Source of the DNA: Lama guanicoe
Lineage: Eukaryota
Assembly (NCBI GenBank): GCA_013239625.1
Contig: MU054391.1
Location: forward strand, 7,535,095 to 7,599,094
Length of the DNA: 64,000 nucleotides
Reading direction: 5' to 3'
Part shown: piece by piece, positions 37,318 to 49,860 of the stretch
Numbering within the stretch: position 1 is the stretch's first letter
Layout of the letters: each line of letters opens with the position of its first letter
The notes under the pieces: generated by a model
What the model was told of the DNA's origin: nothing
What the model saw: only the letters and a program-made list of their open reading frames with translations
Databases searched by the model: none
Translations under genes and position numbers: made by a program

Positions 37318-37682
37318 TGCTAAGGTCTGAATGTGTCTCCCTCAAATTTGTATGTTGCATCCGAGCTGCCAAAAGTGATGGTATCATAGGTGGGACCTTT
37401 GGAAGGTATTTAAGTCATGAGGATGGAGCCCTCAGGAATGGGATTAGTGTCCTTATAAAAGAGGCTTCAGAGAGCTCCCTTGCCCCTTCCTCCATGTGCA
37501 GACACAGTGAGAAGTGCTGACCGTGAACTGGGAAGTGGTCCCTCAGCAACCTCCACATCAGATCTGCTGGAACTTTGATCTTGGACTTCCCAGCCCCAAG
37601 TACTGTGAAAAATTAATTTCTGGTAGTCATAAGCCACTGGGTCTGTGGTACTTTGTGACAGCTGTGTAAACAGTCTGAGATG
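37318..37682 (+). mobile_element. MLT1A/MST-like MaLR solo LTR
   Basis: TGCTAAGGTCTGAATGTGTCTCCCTCAAATT start; GGAGCCCTCAGGAATGGGATTAGTGTCCTTATAAAAGAGG; TTGATCTTGGACTTCCCAGCC; near-TSD ATGAA/ATGAG. Confidence 0.9.
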
Positions 37683-38344
37683 ATGAGTGAAAGTTTTCTA
37701 GGTAGAAAACAGGAGAAGGGCATTCCACACAAAGAGAAAATCATGTGCCAGGACATGGAGTTTGCAGAAGCAAAGCTCTCTCCTGGGGTGTGTGTGTGTA
37801 TATGTTGGCAGTTTGGGAAGTAGATGAGAAGAATAGCAGAGATTGTGTTAAAAAGGGCTAGAACCAGGTTTAGAGGGTCTCATATGCCACCCCATTGTTT
37901 TGAGCTATAAGTAACTATTAAAACATGAAAGACAGTTTTTTTTCCAAGTTCAAATTCTTACTGTTTGACGCAATGACCTTCATGTATTGTATGGTGAACT
38001 CTTTTCTACTGCATTCATTCAAAGTCACAAAAATCAAAACTCTTTTTTTAAATAATGAAGGCCTCGGAAGACAGTGAGTTATGGCTCCTGGTGTTTAGGG
38101 ACATCCACCTTCAAAGGGTACATTTTGGTCCCTGGGACTGGGGAAGCAAACTTAATAGACACGTCTAAGCAGGGATGAGCTGAAGGCAACTCAATAGTTT
38201 GCATTGGGAGTGTTGAAGAATGAGGCAGAGTGGAGTTGAGAATCTGATGTGTGAACTAAAGATGGTCCAGGAAGGAATGAAATGAATGTGGTTACCCTGT
38301 CTTAAGAAAAATTCAGTGACTGCATGCCCTGCATGTTGGGCACC

Positions 38345-38810
38345 AGGAGTTCTAGAAGTGATGGTTGGGATCAGGAAAACTGGGGGTCTTATTTCAGCTT
38401 AGGCACAACTTACTATGCAATCTTGGGCAAGTGGTTTCTTTGTAAGGTGAAGAAGTCAGATAATGAGACTTAAGGAACATTTCAGCTCCACCCCACTAGT
38501 GACCTCTCACTGCTAGTCAGAGTATGACATTAAATTATAAGTTAAAAAAGTATTATACTAAAATTCAAGAGATCACAGAAAAAATTGACTATTAGTTAGC
38601 TACAGTGTACTAGATACCATTCTACATTCTGAAAGAAATTTTCCCATTAACCCCCATAAAGTTACTTTCATCCGCATTTTGCATATGAATAAATTGAGGC
38701 TCAGAAAAGTTGCCCCAAGTTCTCACAACTCCTAAGCGAGAGAGGTAGGGTTGGGTCACGAGTCAGTGTGATTACATAGCCCCTGATCTTTGTTTACATC
38801 ACACTGTCCA
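38345..38810. mobile_element. MIR fragments (+ at about 38345-38490, - at about 38600-38810)
   Basis: CTATGCAATCTTGGGCAAGT; CCGCATTTTGCATATGAATAAATTGAGGCTCAGAAAAGTT. Confidence 0.65.
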
Positions 38811-39126
38811 TCACCCTGAACTAAGGTGGACTGAGTAACAGAATGGTCTGCCCTCTGAAGTCAAGAGGATGCTGTGAATAAAACAGGGACTAAGATGGAA
38901 AATGCTGAGGCTAACCTCATGCCTCTTCCATCAGTGTTGAATGGGGCTAGCTTTACTTCAACATGGTCAATAAAACCCCAACCCTGGAAAACTTGCCTAA
39001 GTTAACTCCACTTTGAAGGCTAGCCATGAGGAGAGAAGTCAAGTGGATAATTTCAGATTTGGTCTGAATAACTTCATGAATACACTAGAGAGCTGGCTCA
39101 TCTGAGCAAACCACTAACATTGGAGA

Positions 39127-39491
39127 TGTTAGTCTGCTTGGGCTGCTGTAACAATACCACTGGCTGGATGGTTTAAACAACAAAAATATAGTTCTTAGAG
39201 TTTTGGAGGCTGGAAGTCTAAGATCAAGATGTTGGTGGGTTTGGTTTTTTTTGGGACTCTCTCCTGAGCTAGCAGACAACCATCTTCTCAGGGTTTTTTC
39301 TCTGTGTGAGCATCCTTGGTGTTTCTTCCTCTTCTTATAAAGACACCAGTCCTATTGGATTAGGGCCCCACCCTATGATTTCATCTAATGTCCACTATCT
39401 CCTCAAAGGCACTGTCTCCAAATAGAGTCACACTGGTGGTTAGGGCCTCAACATATGAATTTGGGAGGGGTACACAATTCAGTCTACAACA
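39127..39491 (-). mobile_element. MLT1A/B-like MaLR solo LTR
   Basis: GGGCTGCTGTAACAATACCAC..TTTAAACAAC..GGAGGCTGGAAGTCTAAGATCAAG..CTTATAAAGACACCAGTCCTATTGGATTAGGGCCCCACCCT..ATTCAGTCTACAACA. Confidence 0.9.
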
Positions 39492-39592
39492 GGAAGGAAA
39501 GTCTTATGATAGAATTTTCATTGCAAAGGTATTTAAATTGAAAAAAATCATGAGGCCAGTTAGCAATGGGATGTCATTTAGAAACACTTAGA

Positions 39593-40185
39593 ACTGTGGT
39601 TCTCAGCTGTAACTACATATGGAAATACTTGGGGACCTTTCTTAAAATAACAGCATCTAGGTCCCAACTCAGACTAATCAATACTTCAGACATTGGTGTA
39701 TTAGTTGGATTTCTCTAGAGAAATAGAACCAATAAGATGTGTGTGTGTGAATGTTTTATATATATATGTATGTGTGTATATATATACACATATACACACA
39801 CACACACAAATACACTTAAACATATATATTTATAGATATATGTAGATCTTTCTGTCTATAATCTATAGAGAAAGATTCTGAAGGGAGCTGGAAACTGAAT
39901 TCTCTTCTTCCAGGGACCTCAGTCTATTTTCCCTTAAGGTCTTCAACTGATTAAATGAGGCTTACCCACATTATGGAGTTCAATCTGCTTAATTCAAAGT
40001 CTACTAATTTAAATATTAATATTATATAAAAATACCATCACAGAAACATCCAGTATGATGTTTGAACACAGATCTGGGAACCATGATTTAGCCAAGTTGA
40101 CACATACAATTTACCATTGCAGTTGGTATCCTTTAATTGCTCCCATGGCAATTACAATATAAAATCAGGGTTCAGGGAATCATTG
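39593..40185. mobile_element. MER5-like hAT-Charlie MITE split by an MLT2 LTR
   Basis: Left half CTGTGGTTCTCAGC..GGAAATACTTGGGGACCTT; right half GCTCCCATGG..CAGGGTTCAGGGAATCATTG. Confidence 0.5.
39697..40121 (-). mobile_element. MLT2D-like ERVL solo LTR with internal (TA/CA) microsatellite
   Basis: TGTATTAGTTGGATTTCTCTAGAGAAATAGAACCAATAAGATG start; TAGCCAAGTTGACACATACAATTTACCATTGCA end; near-TSD ATTGG/GTTGG. Confidence 0.88.
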
Positions 40186-40319
40186 ATCTAGAACCACAGT
40201 TTCTAGAACCAAGAAATATGACTCAACCTGACAACCTGGGCTTTATCCACCCTGCTTTGGTCACAGAAGCCAGTTTCTCCACCAGTTCCTCTCTGTCCTC
40301 TTTTCTGTTCAGCTCTAGT

Positions 40320-40655
40320 TTTCCACTTTGCCTACACACTCTAATCTCCTGGGGAGCTTTAAAGATACTGATGCCCAGATTCCAACTAGGCTTTTTTAAA
40401 TCGAAGTATAGTTGATTTACAATGTTATGTTTGTTTCTGGGGTACAGCATAGTGATTCAGTTATACATATATATTCTTTTTCATATTCTTACTCATTATA
40501 GGTTATTAGAAGCTATTGAATATAGTTCCTTGTGCTATAGATTTTGATTTGGTAGGACATAATCAAATTTGCCAATGCAAAAATGCAGTCTAGGCGTCAA
40601 GGGCTTAAAAATTCCCCAGGAAATTCTAACAGGCAGCCCAGGCTGAGGACAATTA
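40320..40655. mobile_element. MER5-like MITE split by an L1 fragment
   Basis: AATCTCCTGGGGAGCTTTAAAGATACTGATGCCCAG ... AGATTTTGATTTGG ... TCCCCAGGAAATTCTAACAGGCAGCCCAGGCTGAGGAC. Confidence 0.6.
40392..40539 (-). mobile_element. Short cetartiodactyl-type L1 3' end
   Basis: TTTTTTAAATCGAAGTATAGTTGATTTACAATGTT..GTACAGCATAGTGATTCAGTTATACATAT..TTGAATATAGTTCCTTGTGCTATA; reverse complement of the family at 10532-10830. Confidence 0.9.
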
Positions 40656-41049
40656 TTCCAGTAGTTTCATGTATTTATTCAAGCCTTCAATTTAGGTTCA
40701 TGAGAAATTTACTTCTTAAGCTGTAGTCTGTTTGTAAATCTTACCTGATATGGGAAAGTGGGATTGTAAATGTGTCTGGATTTTCTTGATTGGAAAGAAA
40801 AGGAAATATATATATTATAAAGCCCTTCATGATGAAATTAACCACTTAGACCCTCATGCTTTGATATTTATTCCTCCTACAAACTTTCATTGGCCAATTT
40901 CCATGTGGTGCCATATAGGCATTCCATCCAGTCCCACAGGACAGAGGAAGCTGCAAAAACATTTTGTCAGTGCTTGAGGAAGTTACAGTTGAATGGAGAA
41001 AGCAGACATTACTATCACCATTATAAAAGTGTGGTAGTTGCTGGAGGAA

Positions 41050-41940
41050 GAGGAGAGACAAGATCTCTGTGACCCTAAAGAATTTCTCAAGGTAGTAAAG
41101 GGAGTGAGAGGCATCCTAGGTAGAAATGAGAGCTGCAGACAAGGCCCAGAGACGTGACAGTGGATGAGGCACTCAGGAAATGGTAAGTAGTCTGATGTTG
41201 GTGAGTCAGAGTTCATGGGAGAAGTGACTGGAAAGATGATTTGAGATTAGACGGTAAATAAATAGCCTTGAAAGCTAGACTAAGGAGTTGGAACTTTTTA
41301 TATAAATTCTAAGGTTTTTAAAGTTAGAGATAACATTGTTTTAATGAAAATGATCTGAAAGCAAGCAAAGGGCAGCATTGGAAGTAGGTAGGACAGACCG
41401 AAAGGAAGTTTCTAGAAACAATCTAGGTAAACAATGATGAAGACCTGATCTTGAGAATTGACAATGGGGGTACAGACAACAGAAAAGATGGGGAAACAGG
41501 CAGCTGATGAGCCCAGGTAAGTGACCGAGTCAGTATTTGAACCAAGGTCTTGGCTTGCATTTCACACATGTGTACACACACAGACACACAGACAGACAGA
41601 CACACACAGACACACATAGACACACACACACACACACAAACAAGACAGAATATATGCCAGGCACTGTGCTGGAAGCTGGGGAAACAGAGTCTGTGACCTC
41701 ATTGTGCGTATAGCTGAGAGGAGGATACAGATACATAAGAGGCCATCATTCAGCACAGTAAGTATGGCCAAAAAGGCATTAGTGGGCATTATGGAAACAA
41801 GCAAAGGAGAAGGCAGTTGACCTGGGCTTGGAGGGGCAGAGAAGCTTCTCAGTGGAAAGGATGGTCATCTAAATGGAGATCAGAGACAGAAGTTTCAGTA
41901 AGAGGACAGAGAGGTGGACGGGGATGGAAGTTAGGTAAAA
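41050..41940 (-). mobile_element. L2 fragments (interrupted by a MIR piece and a microsatellite)
   Basis: GCCTTGAAAGCTAGACTAAGGAGTTGGAACTTT; TATGCCAGGCACTGTGCTGGAAGCTGGGGA. Confidence 0.65.
41563..41640. repeat. Compound (CA)n/(GACA)n microsatellite
   Basis: Seen directly; source of the CV-repeat ORFs in the track. Confidence 0.95.
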
Positions 41941-44369
41941 GCATGGAAAATGGCGGCATTCTTGCCTGGTCAGTCCACACCCGCCAGTTGAAAAGGCCTC
42001 CGACTACATTTGAATGCGCTTCCTAAAATAAAGGTCCTGATGTCTGTTATCTTACAGTGATTCCAGCTCATGAGACCTCAGCCTTCTGCTCACTAGAACG
42101 ACCCACAAAGTGTCACAGAAAGTCGCACTGGAAATGGTTTTTAAGGAGCCTCATTTTGACTCCTCAATTTACAAAGGAGGCAGTTTGCCAGACCCTGGAG
42201 AAAGGGTCTATTTTAAGACAACGCAGCAGTTTAGAACCCAGGCCTGCTGTTTCCCGGCCCAATGTCTTCCTAATATGCCAAGCACGCTGCTTATATCTGA
42301 GCTTAATGTCTAAAGGCACTCTGCGTCCAAAACTTCTTGCCAAGGGTCTTATGTAGGTTATTCTACCATGAGCTCATTTATAATGACTGAGTCCTTACAA
42401 CTGTAGCAGACAATCCCTGTTCCCAGAGTGCACAGCATCCTTTGCAGTAATTCAGTTCACCTCGCTCCTTCCGGACTTCCCATGAATTCTCTCATCATCT
42501 CAGGTTTTATTATTCTCTTTGTTCCTAGGGCACAAATAAACTCGCGGGTTGAATTGCTTCATCATTCAAGATACCAAAACTTTAATTTCCGACGGTTTCA
42601 GGCGGTGGTACCTGCTGCAGGCACGCCTCAGGGCGCGCCCGGGACAGCCTGTGAATCCTGCCATCATCCGTTTTTCATCTCGACCTAGAATCACATTCAA
42701 CCAAGGCTTATTGTTCAGACTCCATTCTGGATGCTTCATATGCATCTGACCCTCCCAATGATTCAGCGTGGTCGCCGTTGCTATCCCCATCTCCAAGTGA
42801 GACTAGTCATCAGAGACTGCAAGCTGCGGATCATCCTCCTCTGTGCCAGCTTCTTAGCTCGGGGAGACCAGCGATCACTTAGCACTGCCTCTGGCTGCGG
42901 CTCTACAGTTCCTCTGACAACTCAGCTTATCAAGAAGATATGAGAAAACCTGTGGGGTCAGGGTGACTGAAGGAGGGTAGCTTGAACCTGGGGAGGAGGT
43001 GGGAGCATCCTGCCTGGAGTTCTGACCCAGAAGAATGATGTGAATCCCGCATGACTCAGCCCTCTGTACAGGTAACGAGAACCTAAGGAGACAGGAGCTT
43101 ATTTAAGAAAACCTGCATCATTGATGTGGCTATTTTGAGAGATGAAAGAGAGTTTGAAAAGGAGAAACATGTGAAAAGTATTCCAGCTGAGTGAGTGTGA
43201 TAGAAAACTAAGACTTCCCTTTATAATCGAGCAGTAAAAAGCGAATGTGTCCTGGTCTTTAAAGTCTCGGGACTGGAAGAATGAGGTGTTGGGTGCAGAT
43301 GTTGGCAGATCTTTGTTCTCTGGATGTACAGATTGTGATTTGGGGGTGGAGGGATTTTGGAAGGGCTTTGCTCCTTTATTTCTTTACTGTTGCTGAGAGA
43401 AACCAGGTCTCAAGTGGGACTGGGTTGGAGATTCCCCACAGCAGCCCCGGAACCTGCCAAAGCTTTCCCATGACACGAGGCATTGGAGGGAGATGTCTGC
43501 TTTTTCCTCGCAGCACAGTGAGAGAAGTCCTCTTTCTAATCACTTGCAGGAGGTCCATGTGGAATGGTGATCAGCTCGGGAGGGGATGGGGCACAGGAGT
43601 AAACAGACTGCAGATGGCCCTGCTGCCTTTGATGCAGATGTCAGATGTGGGGCTACATGTGTTCTTCCAGCATCAGTGAAGTCCCAAGGGACAGACGGAT
43701 GAAGCAACTTTGAGAAGATCTGAGTCCTGCCCGCCCTGTTCTCTCCTGGGTTCTTGCCTCCTGATTGATCTCTCTTTCAGGCATCCATGTCCAGCCTTAT
43801 CCCTCAAACAGAAAAGAGACCTCCAACACCTTTGATTTTATCTTGTTTTTGTTTTTCCTGAGTCTCTGGTCCTGATCTGCTCCCAACCCTCTTGACATCT
43901 GATATCATCAATTGTTTATTCCGTCAACACATATTTATGAAGGACCTACCTGGTCTCTGTTCTCTCATCTATGCTGCACACCCACTCCCGCCACCTCCCA
44001 CAGACTCACTTTCCCCCTTTTCTGATGCTCTGCGCATGGAGACAATTCTTGATTTCCTTCTTGGTTAAGCCACCCTGGGTCACATCCCTCAAGGTCTACT
44101 GCTCTGGGACGCTTTACCCCAGCATCCCCGATGGGAAACATCTCTCCCCTTTCCCTGGGGTTATCAAACTCCTCGCGGGAACCTACACATTCACCCTACA
44201 ATTCACCTTTCAAATGCCTTGGTGTTCTAATCTTGTCCTCTCTCAGCCTAGATGACATCACTGACTTCACTGGTCCAAGGCGGCAATTCCTAAAGTGACC
44301 TCTGAGGTACCTTAGTTGACAGGGATTCTAATACAAAATTCAAAACAGTACCTTTCTGCTCTTTAGAGC

Positions 44370-44720
44370 TATGGAGCTCCCCTTAGGTGCTAGGCCATGA
44401 CAGTGTCTGTGGATACGGTGATGGGCAAATTAGACATGTCCAGTGCCCTCATGGCTCTTACCATTTATCATGGAAGACATCAAACAGCATCATGAAGAGT
44501 GCTCTGAAGAAAAAGTGAAGGATGTTATAGAAATGGAAGAGGAGACTTCATCTGGACACTCCAGAAGGCTGAGACCCAGAGCATGGACAAGGACTCAGTA
44601 GGCTCGGGTAGAGGGCAAGAGTGCCAGGTGGCAGCAGGAACCGTGTGTGTCACAACCTCATCACTAGAAAGAGCAGGACGTGTTCAGTTGACAGAAGGGA
44701 GGTGGTGTGACTTGAGGATG
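44370..44720 (-). mobile_element. L2 fragment
   Basis: GTGCTAGGCCATG..GGATACGGTGATGGGCAAATTAGACATG..TGCCCTCATGG. Confidence 0.65.
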
Positions 44721-44828
44721 AGTAGTCCTCTCCAAGGCTGATCCCTGAGTGACTTTGCAGAGTCATCTGGGCACTTACTAAAAATACAAATGCTTGATTC
44801 TCACTTCTAATTACTGAATCATGGTCTC

Positions 44829-45351
44829 TGGTAGATTGATTGCAAAAATGGCTATGTTTTTCACCCTTTCCTGAGTCGATGACCTTTGCAATGTGACTTT
44901 GCAGCTTTTCCCATCAAACAGTGGGGTCTCCTTTTCTACTCTTTGAATCTAGACTGGCCTTGTGATCCACTTTGATCAATAGAATGAGATAGAGGTGTTT
45001 GCAAACCAATGATGGGCCTGAAACTCAGGAAGAGTTTTCTGGAACCCTGACGCCACCCTATAAACAAGAGAAGAGGAGCCTGCTCTCCAAGAGACCACAT
45101 GGAGGAGAGACTAGTTGTCCCTCTGAGGCCATTCTAGACCAGCCTGCGGCAAGCCGGCTCCTTAACATGTGAGCAAACTCAGCCCAGATCAGCAGAGCTG
45201 CTTGCCTGACCCATACCTGGTGAGCAGACACACGAGCAAGTCCAGAAGAGACCAGTGGCTTAAAACAACAATCACTGGAGCAGTCATAACTGATTATGTA
45301 CTAAGCCACTGGATTTGGGGTGATCTGTTACACAGCAAAGCCAGAAAGATA
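44829..45351 (+). mobile_element. MLT1G/H-like MaLR solo LTR (preceded by a MER5-like piece at about 44720-44828)
   Basis: TGGTAGATTGATTGCAAAAATGGC..CTTTGCAATGTGACTTTGCAGCT..CCCATCAA..TTTGATCAATAGAATG..TAAGCCACTG..TTTGGGG..TGTTACACAGCA. Confidence 0.8.
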
Positions 45352-45359
45352 TCAGAACC

Positions 45360-45990
45360 AAAAATATGAACAAGGGTTTTCAAGAGTGAAATAGGCAGAG
45401 ATTCGGTCCAGTAGGATTTTGTGGGGCACGATGTGGATACTCTACCCTAAGAGTTTTGTGAAGCCAATGAAAATTTTGGAGCATGGAAGAGATAGAATTC
45501 GCTTTGTGTAATACAAACATTAACTTGGCTACTTCGTAGAGTGTTAGTGGCAGGGGACAGGGTTTAGGATGGATCAGGTAGACTGAATTTAACTTGCAGG
45601 AGTTTTGTTTCATTTCATTTTCTTTCTTTTAAATTTATACGCTGAGATCTGACTATGCATTGAGTAATAAGATTGCAAGGAATAAGACCCATATCCTGGT
45701 CTCAAGTCTAGAGGGAGAGAGGTTTTATGTACTTTGTGAAGTCCCATAGGAGAGGTACAGTCCAGTAGTCATGGTGGTGTGGAAAAGCAGCACCTAGACT
45801 AGAGGGAAATGAAGGATTCAGTCCAACTGATGATAGCTGAGGATGCCAGGAAGATGGGGACATTATTTCCCAGGAAGAGGAAAGAGCCTAAGTGAAATTT
45901 GGTATTGCCCGTGTCTAAAGCATGAGGTGGGAAGCAGAGAGACTTACGATGAGATAGGATTGCTGGGGCCAGGTCACGGAGTCATCTTTG
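45360..45990 (-). mobile_element. L2 fragments
   Basis: GAAGCCAATGAAAATTTTGGAGCATGGAAGAGAT; TTCCCAGGAAGAGGAAAGAGC. Confidence 0.5.
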
Positions 45991-46774
45991 TACCTTCTGA
46001 GGCTACAGATGAGCGAAAGTCCAACTGGAGCTGAGGGACAGAGGTTCCCGATGCCTGAGATACAAACAGGCTGGTGGTTAGAAGGTCTGCTGAGAGAGTC
46101 AGGGCCCTGCTCTGGGAGCCCTTAGGATGATGTGTCCCCTTGGCCATCTGCCCTGACACAGCCCCACAGAGCTACCTGTTACCTGGGAGGCTGGTGGGCA
46201 AGACAGAGAAATCACCACTAGCCAGACCAGCTCCCGTGGTTTATGGATTTTGACCTCGGCTCCCACACTCACGTTCAGCGTCTCCTGACTGTCATCTGGA
46301 AGCCAGTAGTCAGCGGAGGCAGGAAGAGAACATTTTTTGCTGAGGCACCTCCTCCTCCCTGGAGTGTTTGGCATCCTGTGCTGCCGGTCTCCAGCTGTCT
46401 GTCTAGACGGAGCCCAGATTGGACCTGTGAGGTACCGAACACTGCGATCTAGGCCCACTCACTCTTGGCCAACCAGAGGGTGAGCGCCAAGGACAGAATC
46501 CAGCTGGAAGGGCTTGGGGCCTCCTTATCTCGACAGCACTCTACTGTTCCCCACAAACCATGGAGGTCTCTGCCCGCCGTATTGCCAGGTCTCCAAACAG
46601 GCACTGGATCCAGGCATGCTCCTCCCACTGACCGTGTCCCGGGCACCAGAACACACACCATGGGATTCACAGTCACAGATCCCCGGCAAAGTCTCAAAGC
46701 TTCAATGGATGGCAGTCATTTTCTAAGATGGGATGCCTACATGTGCAAGACCGGGACCCTCATGTAAGCCTCTC

Positions 46775-46945
46775 ATTATTCTATTCACATCCCACAGCAA
46801 CTCTGTGCAAGAGACATCATCAGCCCAACGTTAAAGTGTCACTTAGGAGAGCAAGGCTTTGAGAAGTGAAGTAACTCACCCAGGGTCACACAGCTACAGA
46901 TGAGGAGGAGTCAGGATTAGAACCCAGAGCTACTCACCTCCATGT
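46775..46945 (-). mobile_element. MIR SINE
   Basis: GAGAAGTGAAGTAACTCACCCAGGGTCACACAGCT..GGATTAGAACCCAG. Confidence 0.75.
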
Positions 46946-47900
46946 GAGGTCCATGTCATCTCCTAAAGTGCTTCACCCCTGTGTCCAACCTCATCATTTG
47001 TAGATGAGGATAAAAGGGCCAGAGACAGAAAGTGGTTTGCCGAGGTGCTTGGCAGAGCCTAGATCTCTTAACCAAGGCTCTGGACTCCTATATTCCTCTC
47101 CCTTGGGGCACCCACATGTTTTCTTTAGTACGTTTCCTGAGTGGCCACTCCAGGCCCTCTGTATAAAGCCTGGGAGGTGTGAAGCCCTCTGAAGATTCCA
47201 CACAGGATCTGTGGGCAGCTGGGTCTGATGCTCTCAGCAGAGAGAGCACCTCTTGGCCCATAGGCAGGCAAGAGGCTCCGATGGAGACCAGCATGAGGTG
47301 TCGGGTACCGCATGGAAACCTTGGACTCCACGTCTGACAGTCACATCAGAAGGATTCTGGTGGCAGTTAGGACCCTAAGGTTTATTCTGATCATTTGAGT
47401 CTAGCCTTTGTCTTCCATTCCCATCTGCTACTCAAGTGATCACTAGCTTGAGGTCTCAGAGACATAAAAAGTTTGAAGGAAGTTAGCCTCTCACCCCAAC
47501 TCTGAACACATACACAGCTCCAGATTTCTTGAATCAATAACAGAGAGACTTCGCATACATCTGAAACTAACACGACAGTAAATCGACTACACTTCAATAT
47601 AGAAAATTTAAACAATGAGTTTTTCCCCAAGATGTTGTAATAAATAGAGGCAGGCAAGGAGCCAGTTCTTAGTTCTTCCCAGATCAGGAAAGTTTTTTCT
47701 CTTTTTCTGTAACCACTGACCCTGCATCTTGCCCCAGAAGTACTTGACTCACTTTAAGTGGCTCACATCCGTCACCTCATGTTGCCCACGTCACTGTGTT
47801 TCCATGAAATAAGAACCATACCCTGTAGGAGACACTTCGATCTGTTCCCCTGAGTGCCTACCACCCCGAGGCTCAACTGCCAGGGAGCATACAACCAAGG

Positions 47901-48051
47901 CAGGATCCACTACGTAATTTGTGGAGCCCAGTGAAAAATTAAACTATGAGACCCTTCTTCCAAAATTACTGAGAACTTCAAGACCTGACGGCAGAGCATG
48001 AAACCAAGCCCAGAACCCATCTGACGTTGGGCACTCGTGGAGCTGGTCCTG
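47901..48051 (-). mobile_element. MER45A-like hAT-Tip100 non-autonomous element
   Basis: CAGGATCCACTACGTAATTTGTGGAGCCCAGTGAAAAAT..AAAATTACTGAGAACTTCAAGAC..GGCAGAGCATGAAACCAAGC..GCTGGTCCTG matches the reverse complement of the recalled MER45A; CAGG...CCTG termini. Confidence 0.8.
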
Positions 48052-48284
48052 AGTGGGCAGTAGGTACGTGACCGAGATGGAGAAGACGGAAGGCAGGGAT
48101 GGAGAAGACAGGAGAGGTAGAGCTGAAATGGCTTTGTCTGAATGTTAGCATCTCCATCTACAGAGTAGGGTGATGACACTGACCTTGGCAATCGTGCATT
48201 AACTACCAGTAATACAGACACTGCCGGGAAGCGTCTGATGTCAGTTAGGGGAGCTCCTCTCCCTAAGAAAGAATCTGGTTCAAA

Positions 48285-48430
48285 TCCTTCATTCTGCAGA
48301 GGAGAAACCTGAAGCTTAGAGAAGAAAAAAGTGGCTTGTCCGCATTTATCCAGGTAATTCATTTGTGGCGGAGCTGGGACGGGGAGATCAGCTCCCCTGA
48401 CTCTCAGTCTGGTGGTCTTTTCACTCAGCC
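48285..48430 (-). mobile_element. MIR SINE
   Basis: CTTCATTCTGCAGAGGAGAAACCTGAAGCTTAGAGA..GTGGCGGAGCTGGGAC..CCTGACTCTCAGTC. Confidence 0.7.
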
Positions 48431-49479
48431 AGGGCGCTTCTCCCCGCTCTGGCTGCCTGGGAGGTTTCCTGCTTGACTAATGAAGTGGGGCCTCAGCGCT
48501 CAGCAGCAGACGGTTTGGAGACTGAATCAGCCATCTGTAAGATTGGCCTCCACTTCCGGCCCAGCTGCTGGGTCCCATGACTGGATTATACCGAAATGAA
48601 CGTTATCCTTCATCACAGGATGCTTGGGGTCAGAGGATATCTTTCTCAAATGACTTCTCACATGGCTCGTGACGAAATAGCTTTCTCTGTGCAGGCGGCT
48701 GGCAGTCACCGGATGGCTGCTTCGGGCGTTGACGAGGGCTGTATGGTAGCAGTGCCTTTCAGAGGGTCTTCTGTGGACGGGGGGGCAGGGGCCCCTGGAT
48801 CCCTTCCTGTCGATGGAGCGCTGCCCACGGCTCTGCCCGTGCTCACTTATAACAACGACACAACGTGGACACCCCTCAGGTGCAGACTTTTGGGAACTAT
48901 AAACTACTGCCCTGTCAGATATCATCATTCAGACACCAGAGGACGGGCACGGTAGTATGATTTTATTGTAATTTTTCAGAAGCGAGCAGTGACTCAGAAT
49001 GACCTGACTGCCTGCCCAGAGTCACATTCACAGATGTGGTAGAGGTGGTGGCTTCTGAGGAAGGAGATTACGTTTAATTAGGCTCCTTATCTGCTGGGCC
49101 TAGGAGACAATTAGGAACGAAATCAATGGTACTTTTGCTCTGTAGTTTTACTCAGCCAGGACACAGGAGGGAAGATTTGAAAGAAGGTGGAATTCAGGGT
49201 CCTCTACCCGACCCTGTCTTCCCTGACACCCATTCATAGAAACTGAAGGCTGGCAAATCTCTCTGCCATCGAGGCCTTAATCCTCGTGGTGCTCTTAAGC
49301 AGGGCCCTGGCCAATGGGACGGCCTTTTGCAAGGATGTGGGGGGTTTCTCATATTCTGTGGTGATTATGTTGGCAAATTATGGTGCTCATCTCAAAGTCA
49401 TATGAAAGGTCAGTTCTCTGCAGACAGTTTCGTCCACAGTTTACGAACACAGCTGTCACTTTTTCTCTTATGACCCTTG

Positions 49480-49860
49480 ACTGTTATTTCAAGGCCCAGA
49501 TTTTATCCCAGGCTTCAGACCTGCACGTGTCACTCTCTGCTAGACTCTGTTCTTGGGTGACTCCCGAGCATCTCAAACTCATGATGTCTCTGAGCTCCTC
49601 TCCCTCCCCCCTCCAAACATTTGCCCACCTTCTCTCTTTCTTCCCCTTTCTCTGAAATAAGGACTAGGTCATGAAATTCTGGCTGTTGTTTTAGCCTTCC
49701 TGCCTCTAGTCTACTTCCAACCCATCCTGCACCCTGACTCTAGAGTGATTCTTTCTTTCCTTTATTGTTTATCAATTTAGGATCAAAAAATTATAAACAG
49801 GGGGCTTCACAAAGTCTGTGTATTCCCAGAGTTTAGCATCATCCTTGGCTCACAATTCAG
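49480..49860 (+). mobile_element. L2 fragment
   Basis: GCATCTCAAACTCATGATGTC; CTTCCTGCCTCTAGTCT..CCATCCTGCAC..AGAGTGATTCTTTC. Confidence 0.55.

Noticed and set aside
41513..41523. Perfect splice donor CAG|GTAAGT
   Set aside because: Falls in a MIR-like CTTGGGCAAGT-type segment; no matching acceptor or exon.
41947..41957. Perfect YY1 motif AAAATGGCGGC
   Set aside because: Isolated, at the edge of an L2 fragment, with no promoter context.
7400..47940. Giant composite hAT transposon bounded by the two related termini
   Set aside because: The related ends face inward rather than outward, and no shared 8-bp TSD is visible.
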